From assembly GCA_054661495.1 (NCBI GenBank), contig BAAFSQ010000023.1:39810-71809 (forward strand): a DNA stretch of 32,000 nt, in the 5' to 3' direction. Positions 11,449 through 23,123 of the stretch are shown here, one piece after another (the stretch's first letter is position 1; the number at the start of each line of letters is the position of its first letter). The DNA comes from Zygophlyctis sp. KS116. Lineage: Eukaryota; Fungi; Chytridiomycota. The notes below the pieces were generated by a model. The model saw nothing but the letters and a program-made list of their open reading frames with translations, did no database searches and had not been told where the DNA came from. The position numbers were made by a program, and so were the translations under genes.

Positions 11449-13929
11449 ATGAATCTGTTTTCTATTTCTCGCCGCAGTCTTGCGTCTTTAGGCAAAGTTT
11501 CCATGTCTCAATTTGAGAAGGAAACTTTTGTAAACTATGAGCGCATTCAAAATAATTTGGCTATTGTCAAGGATCGGTATATTTATCTATTTTAAATTTT
11601 ATAGATTGGGGCATCCATTGACTTTGGCAGAGAAGATCATTTATGGGCATTTAGATGATGCAAAAAATCAGGATATTAAACGTGGTTCTTCTTACCTCAA
11701 ATTAAGGCCAGATAGAGTTGCTTGTCAAGATGCAACAGCACAAGTAAATCATTTTTAAGAATTAATGTAAGATGGCACTTTTGCAATTTATGTCTGCGGG
11801 ATTACCAACTGTGGCTGTTCCCACGACTGTACATTGTGATCACTTGATTGAAGCTCAAATTGATGGGATAAAGGATTTAGAACGAGCAAAGAATATGAAT
11901 AAAGAAGTTTATGATTTCCTCGCTTCTTGTTCGGCAAAGTATGGAATCGGTTTTTGGAAGCCTGGATCTGGTATTATTCATCAGATTATTTTGGAAAATT
12001 ATGCTTTTCCAGGTGGTCTAATGATTGGTACTGATTCTCATACTCCAAACGCTGGTGGGCTTGGAATGGCAGCTATTGGTGTTGGTGGAGCTGATGCTGT
12101 AGATGTTATGGCTAATATTCCTTGGGAATTAAAGTGTCCAAAGGTTATTGGTGTAAAGTTGACTGGAAAGCTAAATGGTTGGACTTCTGCTAAAGGTAAA
12201 TCTTATAATTCTAATTTTCAAGATGTTATCTTGAAGGTTGCAGGTATTTTGACTGTAAAGGGTGGCACAGGAGCTATAGTCGAATATTTTGGGCCTGGGG
12301 TTGACTCTATTTCATGTACTGGAATGGCAACTATTTGTAATATGGGTGCTGAAATTGGTGCTACTACCTCTGTTTTCCCTTTTAATTCTAGAATGGCTGA
12401 TTACTTGCGTGCTACCAATAGACCAGGAATCGCTGCTTCTTCAGAAGCATTTAAGCATAATTTAACCCCTGATGCAGGAGCTAAATATGATCAAGTTATT
12501 GAAATTGACCTGAACACCCTAGAACCACATATCAATGGACCTTTTACACCAGATTTGGCTACTCCATTAAGTAGTTTCAAGAATGCTGTTGTTAAAAATG
12601 GTTGGCCTGCCGAACTCAAGGTTTTTAAATATTCGTTAATATATTTAGGTTGGTTTGATTGGTTCATGCACAAATTCTTCTTACGAAGACATGGCACGTT
12701 CAGCATCTCTCGCTGATCAGGCAATTAAAGCCGGTGTCAAGCCTAAAGCAAAATTCACCATCACTCCTGGATCAGAGCAAATTAGAGCGACTATTGAAAA
12801 GGATGGACAAGCTGCAGTTTTCCGCAAGAGTGGAGGTGTTGTTTTGGCAAATGCTTGTGGTCCATGCATTGGACAATGGGATAGAAAAGATGTCCAAAAA
12901 GGAGAAAAGAACTCAATTATAACTTCATATAATCGTAATTTCACTGGAAGAAATGATGCCAATCCCGCAACTCATGCGTTCGTTGCCAGTCCAGAGGTAT
13001 GCCTTTTTTTTGTAATATAAAGCTGGTAACTGCTATGGTCTTTGCTGGTGATCTTCGATTTAATCCTGTGACTGATACACTCAAAACTGCTGACGGGAAA
13101 GATTTTAAGTTTGAAGCCCCTCATGGAAATGAACTCCCTCCTCGTGGATATGATCCCGGAGAGAATACTTACCAAGCTCCCCCAGCCAATCGCTCAGCAA
13201 TTGAAGTTAATGTTGATCCAAAATCCAATAGATTGGAGCTTTTGACGCCTTTCTCAAAGTGGAACGGAAAAGATTATGAAAACATCCCTATTCTTATAAA
13301 AGTCAAGGGAAAATGTACGACTGATCATATTTCGATGGCCGGCCCTTGGCTAAAGTATCGTGGACATTTGGATAATATTTCAAATAATATGCTTATTGGT
13401 GCTATCAATATTGAAAATGGTAAACCCAATCTAATCAAAAACATTTTGAATGGACAATTCGAACCAGTCCCTAAAACTGCTCGTGCTTACAAGGCCAAAA
13501 ATCTTCCTTGGGTAGTCATTGGTGATGAGAATTACGGAGAAGGTTCTTCTCGTGAACATGCCGCTTTAGAAGTTCGCCACTTAGGAGGAGTTGCTGTGAT
13601 TGTCAAATCTTTTGCCCGTATTCATGGTAGGAACTTAAATTCTAATTATAGAAACAAATTTGAAGAAACAGGGAATGTTGCCATTGACTTTTGCTGATCC
13701 TAAAGATTATGATAAAATTGATCCCACTGATAAAGTTTCAATCGTTGGTCTAGGATCTTTTGCTCCTGGAAAATCATTGACCTTGAAGGTTCACAAAGCT
13801 AGTGGAAGCTCGATCGACATCAAGGTATGAGACAAATTTGTTATTTATGTTTAGTTGAATCATACCTTTAATGAGGGTCAAATTGATTGGTTTAAAGCTG
13901 GATCTGCTCTCAATAAAATGGCTGCTTGA
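11449..13929 (+). CDS. ACO1: Mitochondrial aconitate hydratase
   Basis: [63 protein letters not shown]. Seven introns of 25-30 nt. Confidence 0.97.
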
Positions 13930-14007
13930 GTCATTTTTTAAGACGAATGAATTTTCATTGATTTTATTGAGATTCGGAGAAAATTCAGTTCTCTTTCGCG
14001 TCAAGTA

Positions 14008-15044
14008 ATGATCTTCTTTCAGTTATCGATCCTCACTCTGTCATTCTTTAGCATCGCATCTATTAAAGTCCAATTGAATGTGACAGCACCAGTAGTGTTT
14101 GATCTCATCCAATCAAATTCTGATTTAAGCATTTTAAATTCGATGATGGACATGATTCCTGCCTTTAAGAGAAACGTAGCAAACGGGAATTTTACATTTT
14201 TAGCACCCACAGACACGGCATTGAAGGCATTTAATGAATCTAATCCTGATGATTTCGCCATCTTTGAATCTGATTCCAATTTTTTGACCGATTTTTTACA
14301 GAGTAACATAACTAGCGATCTAATATTTAGGCTTGATAATACGTAATGCTGATATAATTAATGAAAACATTACAAATAGAACGTTTTATCAGACTGCCTC
14401 TGGGTCAACGATCAGAGTTGATGTGAAGGACGGATGGTTTATTGCCGGTACCGGATTTACTAATGGCAACATCACTAATGCTTTTGGAGCGTCCGATGGT
14501 GTTTTAGCTATTATTGACAGTATTATACTGCCTCCTCCATATATTTCTGATGTTGTTAGAAGTTTTTACAACTTTAAACTTCCAGATGGCGTCAACTTGA
14601 CTGATTATGCTGATAATATTGACTCATTATATGCGATCACTATGTAAGATTAATCATGATAATCATAGCTTTCTCCCTATTGAAAAAAGTATCAATGATA
14701 CTTTACTTTTGTTGAATTCATCCAGCATTGTGTTATCTCAAGCCTTGATCACGTCTATAATGAATCTTCATATTGTGCCTAAAATCATGTATAGTCAAGA
14801 TTTAGTTTTTGACACGGCTCAAGAGATTACTACAGGTCTTCCAAAAAGCATAATGATAATTAACAATGGATTATCAATGTCTATTGCTGGACAGGGCAAT
14901 AAGGCTCTAGGTCAAGTGGTCGAAATGGATACAATAATCCGAGGAGGAGTAATTCATTGGATAGATACTATATTACTACCAGACTTATCAATCTTGTCGA
15001 ATGACCAGCAAACTGATAAAACCATATTCCCAGATTTCAATTGA
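14008..15044 (+). CDS. Secreted protein with two fasciclin (FAS1) domains
   Basis: Signal peptide; FTFLAPTDTA, DGVLAIIDSIILPP, LHIVP, GGVIHWIDTILLP. Introns at about 14302-14330 and 14644-14668. Confidence 0.85.
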
Positions 15045-15057
15045 ATAATAACACAAT

Positions 15058-17122
15058 TCAATCTTCATCAGAATATTCACCTTTGACCTTGCCAACTGCT
15101 CCTTGAGATAAATTTTCTGAATTGTCATTCAAAAGAGCATCTCTTTTCTTACACATAGCATCCATCTGCTCTTTCTTTTTGGGATCTGTCCCCCTTTTAA
15201 ACTTTTCAGTAAAACATGTTTTAGGAGCTGGTTCAAGTCTTAAAATATCCTGATCATCTTGTTGTAGATCATGATAAAGCAAACTATCCGTGTTAATATT
15301 TTGAGGAGCTTGAGGCTGAATTGAAGCCTGGTTTGTAGATTCAGACTGGCCATTTTTGGATCCAGGATTCCTGGCTTCAGCTGAAACATTTGCCGGGTTA
15401 AGATTCTCTTTTCTACTATTGACTAACAAATTAATATTCATGACAGAAATACCACTAGAATTTTGATCCGTCGAATTTGAGCGATTTTGATACTGAATCA
15501 TCTTGTTATTAATTTCCAACATTCTCAGCAGCTCCTCATGAGCAATTTTTGCAACATCTTCAATTGCATCAATTTCCTTTGCATGTGAAGTTGCTGATAA
15601 AAACAGCTTAGATCCTATTGATAACTGAGCAATCATTTCATGAACAATAAAAGGAGAAGGCCTTGTTGAAAACTTTGGAATTCCAAAAAAAGGATTTTCA
15701 ATGGCCAATTCATAAACCATGGTTCCATATCTTCCCATATTAGAAGGAATACTCAATTTTGGAAGAGACTCTATACACTCTCTTCCAATCGGACCCTGCC
15801 TGTCATCTACACTTTTGCTTCTTTCTCTGCGAGGTCTTCTACGATTATTTCCTCTTGAGCGACTTCGTGACCTAGTTCTAGATCTACGTCTTCTGTGTCT
15901 ATGAGATGGTGATCTAGAAAACGACCTATTTCTCCTTGACCGCACAGGTGAACGACTTCTTAAAGGAGGAAAATCATATGAAGGCCCTTGTCTAGAAAAC
16001 TGTGGTCTTTCAGATCTAGAACTCCAATCCCCATAATCTTCAAGATCATGCCTACGCTCCATTATTCCCTCTGATTCCCCTTCATTTTTCCTATCAAAAA
16101 CCACAACTAAATCTGGTTGTTCAGGCTTAACATTAGAAGAATGAGCATATCCAAAAGGAGAAGCAAAAGAAGAATCAACCACTGGTTGAGTATGCCACAT
16201 ATTAGGCCCATTATAGTAAGAAGAGTAATTTTGATCCCTAAAATTCTGATAATTTGAATTTTGAACATCATTATTAAAAGAGTCCCTTGCAGGAGTATAT
16301 TGATAATTTGAAAAAGAGTCTTGCCTATTATACGTGTCATTCATAGGTTCATCAAAATTTGGAGTTGGTACATCATTAGAATCATTTACATTATGATAAC
16401 TTTTCTCAGGAGGAAACCTAAAATGTGATTCTTCTTCTCTAGGCCTAATAACTCCTCTATCCTCTTTGTAATTCCTTGTCTCTTGAACCATTAAATCTTT
16501 AAAACCAGAATCATTTTGAAAATGTTTAACAAACTGTTGATGTAAAACCTTTGGATCAATTTTATAAGCTTGCTTATTTTGAAGACATATTTTAATTTTA
16601 TCATCTTGCATTAACCCCATAAAAGCCATTTTTGCTATATTTTCCTTTGCTTGAACTTTTTTAGAAAACTGAATTTCATCTATAAAACTCCTTCCTGCCA
16701 CATAACATTCCCCTTTAAAAGGACCTAAAGAATCATTATTAAATCCCTTTATATTAAAATGCGGCATAGGAATCTGTACATCTATTTTTTATAAATTTAA
16801 AAAACATACTTGTACACAATCCATTCAACTGATTTGTGTAATTTATCAATTTTTCCTTGCAAGAGTCTGTAAAGAATGGATTTCCTTTACTTTTAAAATA
16901 ATTCCAAGCCTGACTAGCAACTGATTTTTTAGCTTCATTTTTAGATTTTTCAAAATTCCCATAAAACTTCAATTCATCAATTTCCAGAGTGCACTTGTAA
17001 ATATAATTGTAGACAGAGAATTCCTCTTGTTCTTTTCCCTCTGCTTGATTTATAGTCCAGACTGGATGTACGAGACCAGCCTTTTGGCAGTACAAGTGCA
17101 AAAGAGAAACATAATCTGCCAT
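15058..17122 (-). CDS. Protein with two or three dsRNA-binding motifs and a central RS-rich region
   Basis: dsRBM-like YVSLLHLYCQKAG..P...SKNEAKKSVASQA and QLNGLC..PMPHF...SKKVQAKENIAKMA, a third degenerate copy (KEIDAIEDVAKIA), and an RSRSRSRG tract. Intron 16782-16809. Confidence 0.7.
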
Positions 17123-17227
17123 TTTTCCTTGCAGCGTTTTAACTCTATATAAGCTATACTCTTAATACTCTTTATAGCACACAATAACAAGAAAATTCTA
17201 TCAAAAAGTGACTGAAATTAATGAAAA

Positions 17228-17842
17228 ATGAGAATTCCAGACACATCACTCCCTCATTCCTTTACAGAATTCATTTGTTATTCAGTATTTAGACTATGGC
17301 ATCATAAACCAGGGACTGGATCTCAATTCATTCCTCCAAAAGAATTAAATTCTGATTTTATTAAAATATCTCAACAGTTATTGTACCAAGTCTCATCTTG
17401 GACTCTCTTGCATTTAGCATTGCTATATATAGCAAAATTAAGAGTTGCTCTTCCAAAAACACTAACTTCAACTGGATCTGAATACAAAATTCTTGTGACT
17501 GCTCTAATTCTTTCGTTTAAATTCAATTCTGATAAAAATATTCCAAATAAATACTGGGCCGCTTGGGCAGGTTTAGAGCCTCTAGATACTAATATAATGG
17601 AAATTGAATTTTTAAGTAGTTTGGATTGTAGACTATGGATAAAACCAAATGAATATGAAATTTGGAAAGATTCAATTTCAGTTTTGTATCAAGAATATTT
17701 ACTATACAAGAGAGTCTTGGATTTAGAATCAGATTCTAAATCCAAGACTAACAATTCACTACCTAAATTATCTAGAAAAGGATCAATCAAGGAAATAGAT
17801 AATTTACCACCAAAACTTCCAAGATCTAGGACGTGGAAATAG
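17228..17842 (+). CDS. Pho85-type cyclin (Pcl/Clg1 family)
   Basis: LALLYIAKL...GSEYKILVTALILSFKFNSD...NKYWA...NIMEIEFLSSLD cyclin box. Intronless. Confidence 0.85.
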   Translation: MRIPDTSLPHSFTEFICYSVFRLWHHKPGTGSQFIPPKELNSDFIKISQQLLYQVSSWTLLHLALLYIAKLRVALPKTLTSTGSEYKILVTALILSFKFNSDKNIPNKYWAAWAGLEPLDTNIMEIEFLSSLDCRLWIKPNEYEIWKDSISVLYQEYLLYKRVLDLESDSKSKTNNSLPKLSRKGSIKEIDNLPPKLPRSRTWK

Positions 17843-18482
17843 ATTTGTATCTTGCACTCCAGTTTCCATTTGATGAAACTTGTTTAAAATAATTTGATTT
17901 TGTTGATCTTAAAGATGATTTTGATTTAAAAGATTTTAAATTTGGTACAGATTTTGAAGAATGTAGTCTAGACACAACTTTTGATGATACTGTCCAACTT
18001 AATCTAACCCAATTATAGACTGCTATAGAAAATGTAATAAATGAAACTGCAGAAAATGTAATCCAAAATAATACAGAGAAAATTACTGTAGATTCAATCA
18101 AGGAATGATAAATTTTGAAAAATATAGGAAGAGAGTAGAAAAATGATGGGATTCCTAATAGAATTATTAAATTATTTTGGTGTTGAATTGGTACATTTTG
18201 AGTCATTAAAGTAGCAAAAAGTATAGATACAGGAAGAAACAAGATACTAGTGATAAGATTTCCAAATACAAATGATAAAAGATAATAAATGAGATTTAAT
18301 AGAGGAAGAGATGGTAGAATCAAGTTCAATTGTACAATTAAAATTATTAATTTCAAGGAAGAAGAGTCAATTTCTTCCTCTTCCTCTTCCTGTATAGATT
18401 CTATAGAGTCTTCCTTCCACGGATTAGATTCAAAAGGGCCATAGAGGCCGTAAAAGGAAGAATATGAAGATTTGTGATTCAT
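17826..18482 (-). CDS. Hypothetical multi-pass membrane protein
   Basis: About 218 aa ORF with an acidic N-terminus, about four hydrophobic segments and a basic S/K-rich tail. No family recognised. Confidence 0.55.
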   Translation of the reverse strand: MNHKSSYSSFYGLYGPFESNPWKEDSIESIQEEEEEEIDSSSLKLIILIVQLNLILPSLPLLNLIYYLLSFVFGNLITSILFLPVSILFATLMTQNVPIQHQNNLIILLGIPSFFYSLPIFFKIYHSLIESTVIFSVLFWITFSAVSFITFSIAVYNWVRLSWTVSSKVVSRLHSSKSVPNLKSFKSKSSLRSTKSNYFKQVSSNGNWSARYKSISTS

Positions 18483-18551
18483 TTTCAAAACAATTTCTTA
18501 GGGTTTACATTAATGACAAGGTCCAGGTGATCATGACCTGAGAGACTTGAA

Positions 18552-19915
18552 TTACACTCGTAGAATACAATCTACCCATTTATCAGAGTCTCCATGGGAA
18601 TCATGAAAATGTAATATTCCCTGATTCATTAAAATATAAAATCTATAATCATCTATAGATACACTGTCCAGTAAGTCATTTCTAGACAATTCAGCCTCTA
18701 CAATTTTTTTATCTAGGTTAATTATTAATATCTTGTCTTGTAAAAGGATGATTCCTCTATTACATAATTTAAGTTGAATTCTCTAAATAATTAAGAAAAA
18801 GAAAAAGTTACGGTTTGTAAAATTCCAGATTTTACTATTGTTCTTGAGGGGTCGACAAATGATTCCAAGTTTACAATAGGTTCTTTAATTTGAATAGAAA
18901 TATCTTGAAAAGAATCAGTAAAATCTCCATCTTTTGATAGTGTAATTGTTTTCACTGTTGAAATTTCATAATTTGATTGTTCTGTTAGAATTGGAGCATC
19001 TATAGTTGTAAGTGAATTCCAATCAATTTCTTTATAGTATTCATGACTTTTTAAATCTTTTAAAGTTAATCTTTTAGCAGGATCTAAATTTAAAAAGAGT
19101 TTTAAAACATTCTTGGTTAGAGTATCAAAATTTAGAGGAAAAGAATACTCTAAATTTAGAATTTTTTGAAAAGTTAAATATTCTGAATTTCCTCTAAATG
19201 GATGTCTTCCAGCCAATAATTGAAATAAAACTACTCCTAAAGCCCAAATATCTGATTTATCCAAAGTTTCACGATCATTTAGTAATTCTGGTGAACAATA
19301 TTCTGCTGTACCTACAAAAGAAGACTTTTTACAATGCAAACTATTAGATAAATTATCTTGTGGTTTATCTGTAATTTGATCTAGACCATCAGGCACACTA
19401 CATCCATGTCCAGAAAGAATCCTAGCAGATCCAAAGTCTGTAATCTATTTTCTTAAATTAAAATAAACTACTTTAATATGCATTTTATGGTCTAACAGTA
19501 TATTTTCTGGTTTAACATCCCTGTGCAATATTCCTTTAGAGTGTAAGTATTCTAGTCCTAAAGCCAATTGTCCAGTATAGAAGCATGCAGCCTGTTTATC
19601 CAAACAATGTAATTTCTTCAACAAGTTTAGCAGATCTCCATTTTCAGCGAGTTCTAGTACAAAATAAAGACAAGTAGCATCCTGAAAAGTATAGAATAAC
19701 TTTACGATCAGAGGATAATTGGTTTCATTGAGCACTTTCTTCTCGATATCAACATATTTGACTTTTTTCTCTCGAACGATTTGTTTCTTGTCCAAGACTT
19801 TGATGGCAAAACAAGAATCATTAGCGATTTCGGTTGCATAGAGTACATTAGAAAAAGATCCTTGGCCCAGCGATCGTCCAAACTTGAAGTCTGAAGGGAC
19901 TCTTTTCCTTGCCAT
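18552..19915 (-). CDS. PKH1: PDK1/Pkh-type AGC kinase with C-terminal PH-like domain
   Basis: DFKFGRSLGQGSFS, KKVKYV.IEK, HRDVKPEN, SFVGTAEYCSPELL, SEYLTFQKI. Introns 19445-19471 and 18783-18811. The last exon ends DKWVDCILRV*. Confidence 0.9.
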
Positions 19916-20026
19916 TCGAAATTAAAATTGTAACACAATCGCCCATCAACTTGGCACAACCATCGTCCCGTTCAAAACTCAATTTTAACTGTCCGTTTTG
20001 ATTTTATTCTCAAGACAATTGCAAAC

Positions 20027-22528
20027 TTAAACTTCCTGCTGAGTAAAACTTGGGAATTCAGACTCCACTACATTCCAACTCTTCTTTTCACTGACGAGCT
20101 CCTTGATCACTGGTACCAGATCCTCTAAAGATCCTCGTACTTGTCTCGTAGAGTCTCGCTCTCGGAGTGTTACTGTGCCATCTGTAACACTCTGGAAATC
20201 TATCGTTAATGCAAAAGGAGTTCCTAATTCATCATTACGAGCATAGCGACGGCCAATAGATCCAGAAGAGTTATCAACCTTGTTTGGTAAATCTGATTCA
20301 CGCAATAAATCAACTATAAATTTAGGAAAAAGTAAACATACCGCTCTTCTTTATAAATGGAGCAAATTCAGGTTGATTAGAAATAGGGCAGATTAAGACT
20401 TTTGTAGGAGCAATTTGTGGTGAAAAAGAGAATACAGATTTAGCTTCATCATCAGGTCGAGTATAGTAAGAATGTTCCAATAAAGAATATAGAATTCTTC
20501 CAATTCCAAAAGATGGTTCAATTACATTTGGGATATATTCACGAACTAATTGTTAGTATGTTGTTAATAAGAAAAAGTGTCCCAATAATTGTTTAAAACA
20601 AAAGAAGAATTGTGATTATTATCACTGCTTTTGCTTAATTAACAAATTATTGAGGTATACTGATTTAGCAAGCTAATGACTCATGCCTCTTCAACACTTC
20701 AGCCAAATTTAGCTGGTTGGAAATATAGAATATAAAAGAATTTATATCCCTAATTTTCCAATAAAGAGGGATCAAAGGAGCTTGCGTTTTAAAATACTTA
20801 CTGCTGGTTTTTTCAGTTTTCATAAAAATTTCAACCATATCTTTAGTAATTTCATAATTGTTGCCATCTGTTCCTTGAACCATTGTTTTTCTGTTGTAAG
20901 TTTATAATTAGAATACCCATCTCCTTGGTTAAATGAATCTTGTAAAGCTTTCAATTTAGTTTCATCCCAGGATCCATCCACTTGTAAACTATCAAAGTAA
21001 CCCTGCACAAATCTTGCATTCTTTTTAAATGCTGGTCCAAACTTTGATTTAACCAATTCCAAAACTAAACTTGTTTTAATGATTGGTTCAGAAAGAGCTT
21101 CTCTGGCTACAAGATTTTCTCCAGTTTTACGACCATGGGCTCCTAAATCATAAGCAGAGCGATCTGCGCATCCAACACATTCAATCCATCCCTATATTAT
21201 AAAATAGCAAAACTCCATACATAACTAGATTCGATCTCTGCATCCCAACAATCGCAAGCATAATGAGCCATTTCATTACTCATGTGTTGACGGAAACGTA
21301 ATCGATCTGCTTTAATTCCAATCTTTATAAGGAATAGGTATATACGAGCCATAAAATATCCCAGAGTTTGATTATTAATCATTCCCTAATTGATAAAGAT
21401 AAAAAATCATACATTTTTAACTGCCTCACCGATCGAAAAGACACTCACCTTTCCACCCGACATTTGAGCCTGAGCGGAAAGAAGAGGCAATTCAACATTT
21501 TCAACTTCTTTAAATCTCGGATGATCTTTTTTCAAGGGGTCTACAAAGTGCTCAATTTCAGCCATTGTAAACTCCCTGACTCTTAGTAGTCCCTGTCTCG
21601 GCGAAATTTCATTCCTAAAAGACTTTCCGATCGAAGCAGATGCAAATGGCATCTGCTGAGAATTAAACTCGTATAGTCTTTTGAAATTCAAAAAATGAGC
21701 TTGTGCAGTTTCGGGTCTTAAGAACCCTTTAAACTGTCCTGTTGGTCCAATTTGCGTATCAAACATAAGATTAAACATTACAGGCTCTGACAACTCATTT
21801 TTTAATTCTGGAGACTTTATCCCAAATCTTAAAATCAACTGATGCAATTCCTGTCCTTGATAATTATCAAGTGTATCCAGAATTCCTTCAATCTCTGATT
21901 TCTCTTGATCAGTTAATATCTTCCCCTTCTTCTTTTTGTCCACACCAGCTAGAGTATTTTGATGTTCTTCCAATCTACTTTCCAGCTCATGTTTAATTAA
22001 GTGATCAGCTCTGAAAATATCACCATTAACCTTATCTTTGACCATATAGTCAGCAAATCTATCAACATGCCCAGAAGTTTTTAAAACAACTTCTGGAGTT
22101 AAATTTGTAGTTTCAATTTCGAGCATATCCTCTTGCAAAACAAAATGTGATCTCCATAAAGACAAAATATTATTTTGCAAAGCAGCGCCAGGAGGACCGT
22201 AATCATATAAACCTGCAATACCTAGGATCAGTCTCTAGCTGAAATTACCTCCGTAAATCTCAAAAGAAGGAGCAAAAAAGAAACGCTTTAGCAGAGTTGC
22301 TTCTAATGCCGGTCGATTAAATTTCTTTGTTGGTTTGATCAGCGATTGCGCAAGTTGTTGTTTCAAGGCTTTTAGTTTTTCAACCTTTTCAAAAATCAAT
22401 TCAGACTTTGGATGGTCAGATTTAAGAGCAGCGATGGATGATGCAAGAGTTTGAATTTCACTTTCTAAGCTATTCATGATTGGTCGGGAAAGAAGCCTAA
22501 TATTGCCAAAAATATTTTTTTTGTTCAA
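20027..22528 (-). CDS. GRS1: Glycyl-tRNA synthetase (eukaryotic alpha2 type) with N-terminal WHEP-like domain; AUG at 22477, putative UUG extension from 22528
   Basis: [65 protein letters not shown]. Several short introns plus one 256-nt intron (20546-20801). Confidence 0.96.
20575..20787 (-). ncRNA. Intronic box H/ACA snoRNA candidate (possibly snR84-like)
   Basis: Hairpin-H-hairpin-ACA layout: stem GCAAGCU/AGCUUGC, H box AAAUCA (20666-20661), second hairpin CUCAAUA/UAUUGGG, ACA (20580-20578). The pocket is complementary to LSU rRNA AUGACUC-UC-UUAAGG. Confidence 0.65.
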
Positions 22529-22628
22529 GAAAAATTTGTTTGCACTGTAAGGGTTACAATGCGCTCAAACAATAAGTCCAAGATCTAATAGATAATATGC
22601 CATTCCATAAATTGTAGCGATATAAAAT

Positions 22629-23122
22629 CTATGATATACTATAAATGCATTCGCCCTTGTAAAACAAACATACACCGTTCCGATTTACACTAGGTATGAG
22701 ATCTGGGAGAAGAGACTGCGCCGTGATATTCATGGTGAAATTAATACACTTTTGTTGATGTAATGTCATGAGAATAATAGGCTCTGAGGATGAGTTTATG
22801 GTATTTAATAATGCATTCGAGAATCCTAGGGGTGATACGAGCATTCCAAGAGTATTTTGAGACTCTGTTGATAGAGTACCTTTAATTTCACGAAGTATAC
22901 TGGGTCCTAATTTTCTAGATAAATTCTTACATTGCACAATGATGGGAAATGCCGTGGCTGTGGATACTTTCCAGTCGCCACGAAGATCAATCTAACAATT
23001 GTAAATTACACTCAAAATACCCCTCTATCATTTGGACCGCCAACATGGCAAAGATGCATATTAAGTTTAGAAAGGAATTTTAATGTTTCATGTTCAAATG
23101 TGACTCCTTTAAGGACACTCAT
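22629..23122 (-). CDS. RRG7: Rrg7/DUF2034-like mitochondrial PD-(D/E)xK nuclease-fold protein; alternative upstream ATGs at 23158 and 23164
   Basis: MSVLKGVTFEHETLKFL...HVGGPNDRG, intron 22992-23020, then IDLRGDW...IIVQCKNLSRKLGPSILREIKG...SPLGFS. Confidence 0.75.
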
Positions 23123-23123
23123 T

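Noticed and set aside
12491-13175. Short antisense or alternate-frame ORFs (also 1155, 2517, 3417, 4594, 5365, 14019, 15719, 22932, 23359, 28425, 31446 and others)
   Set aside because: Shadow ORFs over well-supported genes, with no recognisable motifs.
11449-13929. Fragmented ORFs read as pseudogenes, frameshifting or an alternative genetic code
   Set aside because: Each break checked is resolved by a 24-33 nt GT-AG intron under the standard code.
20575-20660. snR30/U17 identity (AAACAAU 7 nt before ACA resembles m2)
   Set aside because: No m1 (AUAUUCCUA) element on the opposite strand of that hairpin.
20676-20684. Perfect Gcn4 site ATGACTCAT inside the GlyRS intron
   Set aside because: Better explained as the snoRNA guide strand (GAGUCAU). 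TGACTCA also occurs several times by chance in the window.
20546-20801. tRNA-Gly mimic or riboswitch for GlyRS autoregulation (UUUCCAA anticodon-like 7-mer, GCAAG stem)
   Set aside because: UUUCCAA is base-paired rather than in a loop, and there are no T- or D-loop motifs. The H/ACA layout fits better.
20665-20883. 72-aa ORF as an alternative GlyRS C-terminus
   Set aside because: It is read-through of an exon into the intron and has no protein-like features.
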